DNA of 64,000 nt, taken from positions 2,792,041-2,856,040 of the forward strand of contig NW_003314263.1 in NCBI RefSeq assembly GCF_000143415.4, written 5' to 3'. Position numbers and translations under genes: made by a program. The DNA is from Selaginella moellendorffii (lineage: Eukaryota; Plantae; Lycopodiophyta). Below, piece by piece: positions 62,231-64,000 of the stretch (the stretch's first letter is position 1; each line of letters opens with the position of its first letter). Under the pieces are notes generated by a model. That model was not told the DNA's origin and made no database searches. It worked only from the letters and a program-made list of their open reading frames with translations.

Positions 62231-62599
62231 AATCCCACTTGGAAGGCAGGTACGCCCATGGACAGTCTTTGGACCTTTCCCTGTTGACGCAATGTGACAG
62301 GATGTTATGGTTAGTGGCTTGGCTGTAGCTAAATAGGACTGATGTGGCAAGTCACAAGGAATGTGACTTAAGGATTAACAAATTGACTATTGAGGGGATT
62401 TAACCCCTCCTATATGAGGGGACTAAGTCCCTCTCATCTGAGGGAATTAAAGAAGGCTCGTTGCTTCTCCTTGAATGGGGAGGGGCCTAGCTTGTGGATG
62501 AACATAAGGGGAGCCTCCGCTCCCCCAACTTGGTGGAATGATTATACTGGGTGATAAAGTGTGCAGTACTTCAAATTTTTTTTATAAAAAAAAACTATC

Positions 62600-63960
62600 A
62601 TACCTGGAGCTGACCGAGAGTTTTGAACTATTCATCAATGAAAGCTTTCTTCAACTTTGACATTCAGCTAAACCTTCGACAGACCTATGTTTCAAAGCTG
62701 TGCTCCGCCAACCTCCACTGGATTTCCTTGACCTGTCCCTTATACATGGCGAGGAGGTCACGTCCTTGGCATCGTAGAAGGCTTGGTTGAGAAGATAGAC
62801 ACAGAACTCCATAAGGTGTCCGGCTTCGAATCTTAGTCGCGCCATCTTCTTTGTCGTCGCAATCCTGCTGCTCGAGAACTTGGTGATCCAGGATGACTTG
62901 ATATCCTCGTAGTTGAAAACGCTCGGATCGCCCTTCAAGCTGCCAGCGATGAGCTTGGAGATGCAAGGCTTCATCCTTCACTGGGTTTGGAGCATTACGT
63001 GCTGGATTCCGTTCTACACCATCCGCTCGAAGAGAGAGACTTCGAGTTTATGCTTGGTGGCGAGCTTGTAAGTCGCCACGCTGCACCTGGATGAGAATGA
63101 GTTGCCGACTGTGCTGCGTGAGGCATGCAAGTAAGTAACTCTCGAGCACCACAGCAGCTTCTTCGACGACAATCTCAGGCAACGAAGTCGTTCTGCCGAG
63201 AAGCTCCGCGCGTCGTCATTTTCACAACTTTCGAATTTTCAAGCACCGGGAGGTGATTTCTCGGTTCCGCTTCAAAACGTTCTCTCGAGCCCGCACCTCG
63301 GCATCAAGTCGGAAAACATGCTGGTGAAGTTGCAGATCGACACCAAAGCTGGCCTCGAAGTGTACATCTTGACACACCCCGCGGGAGCCACCTTTCGATG
63401 TGAGGCCCCGAAACAAAGGTGGTGCTTGTGGCGTTCGAGGAGCTCGAGCCGTGCGAGATCATACACAGGTCTCCATTCCTGCAATGTCCTCGCTGAATGT
63501 ACTGACATTGTTTCCTTTCTTCTCTTCCAGATCTCCTGACACCCGGTGGTTGATACTTCCCCGCTGCTCATTTCGGAATGGCTGGCTGCTGCTGCTCACG
63601 ATCACGAACTTTGGCACGCGAAACTTGGAAGAGCAGTCCTCAAGCATGGTCCAATGGAACAGCGACGAGCTCCTTTCGAACATGACGGCGGCTGGGATTT
63701 GCAGCCTGTCAAATGTTTCTCTGGAGACTATGAGAAGCTCCACAAGGCTTTGGTGCTTGGCAAAGCGGACGAGACGAGTGGTTTCATGGTACAGGCGATT
63801 GGAACTGCTAGGACGGAAAGTCATTGAGACAACAAAAGTAGAAGCAAAGTTTACCTCTGGAGCGCTGGTTGACGACGATGATCCATCTCCACCAGAGCAC
63901 TAAGATTCACAGGAAGAACAACACTGCCACATGTGGCGCTTCTTCGTGTCTCTCGCCATC
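62600..63960 (-). pseudogene. Frame-broken hypothetical gene
   Basis: Abrupt return to coding-like GC content with consecutive minus-strand ORFs in different frames (63459-63824, 63272-63571, 62651-62974). No recognisable domain. Confidence 0.35.
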
Positions 63961-64000
63961 CCGAATGAGAGAGGGACGAAGAAATGCGTTGGTCTCGATC

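Overview
Plant nuclear DNA with compact genes and short introns. It is most likely the lycophyte Selaginella, inferred from the microbial-type terpene synthases and the style of the PPR gene. From 1 to 7 kb: a MED26/TFIIS-N gene (-) lies head-to-head with a 10-exon tRNase Z-like gene, whose stop codon overlaps (ATGA) the first ATG of an intronless PLS-E PPR ORF. A dCMP deaminase pseudogene follows. From about 7 to 51 kb is a mirror-symmetric duplicated locus. Its unit is a microbial-type terpene synthase (MTPSL), a DExH-helicase 5' fragment, a SAC-phosphatase 3' fragment and a highly divergent AUX1/LAX-like permease. There are four permease copies (one intact, 442 aa) and two MTPSL copies (one intact), arranged around an intronless J-domain gene. 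The left arm is interrupted by about 22 kb of mostly transposon DNA: a full-length chromovirus, a related non-autonomous LTR element whose 5' LTR was split by an inversion, and unidentified decayed coding DNA. From 51 to 64 kb is an AT-rich transposon graveyard with a hAT MITE, a Helitron-like relic, LTR relics, (AT)n and a broken hypothetical gene. All exon models were assembled by eye.
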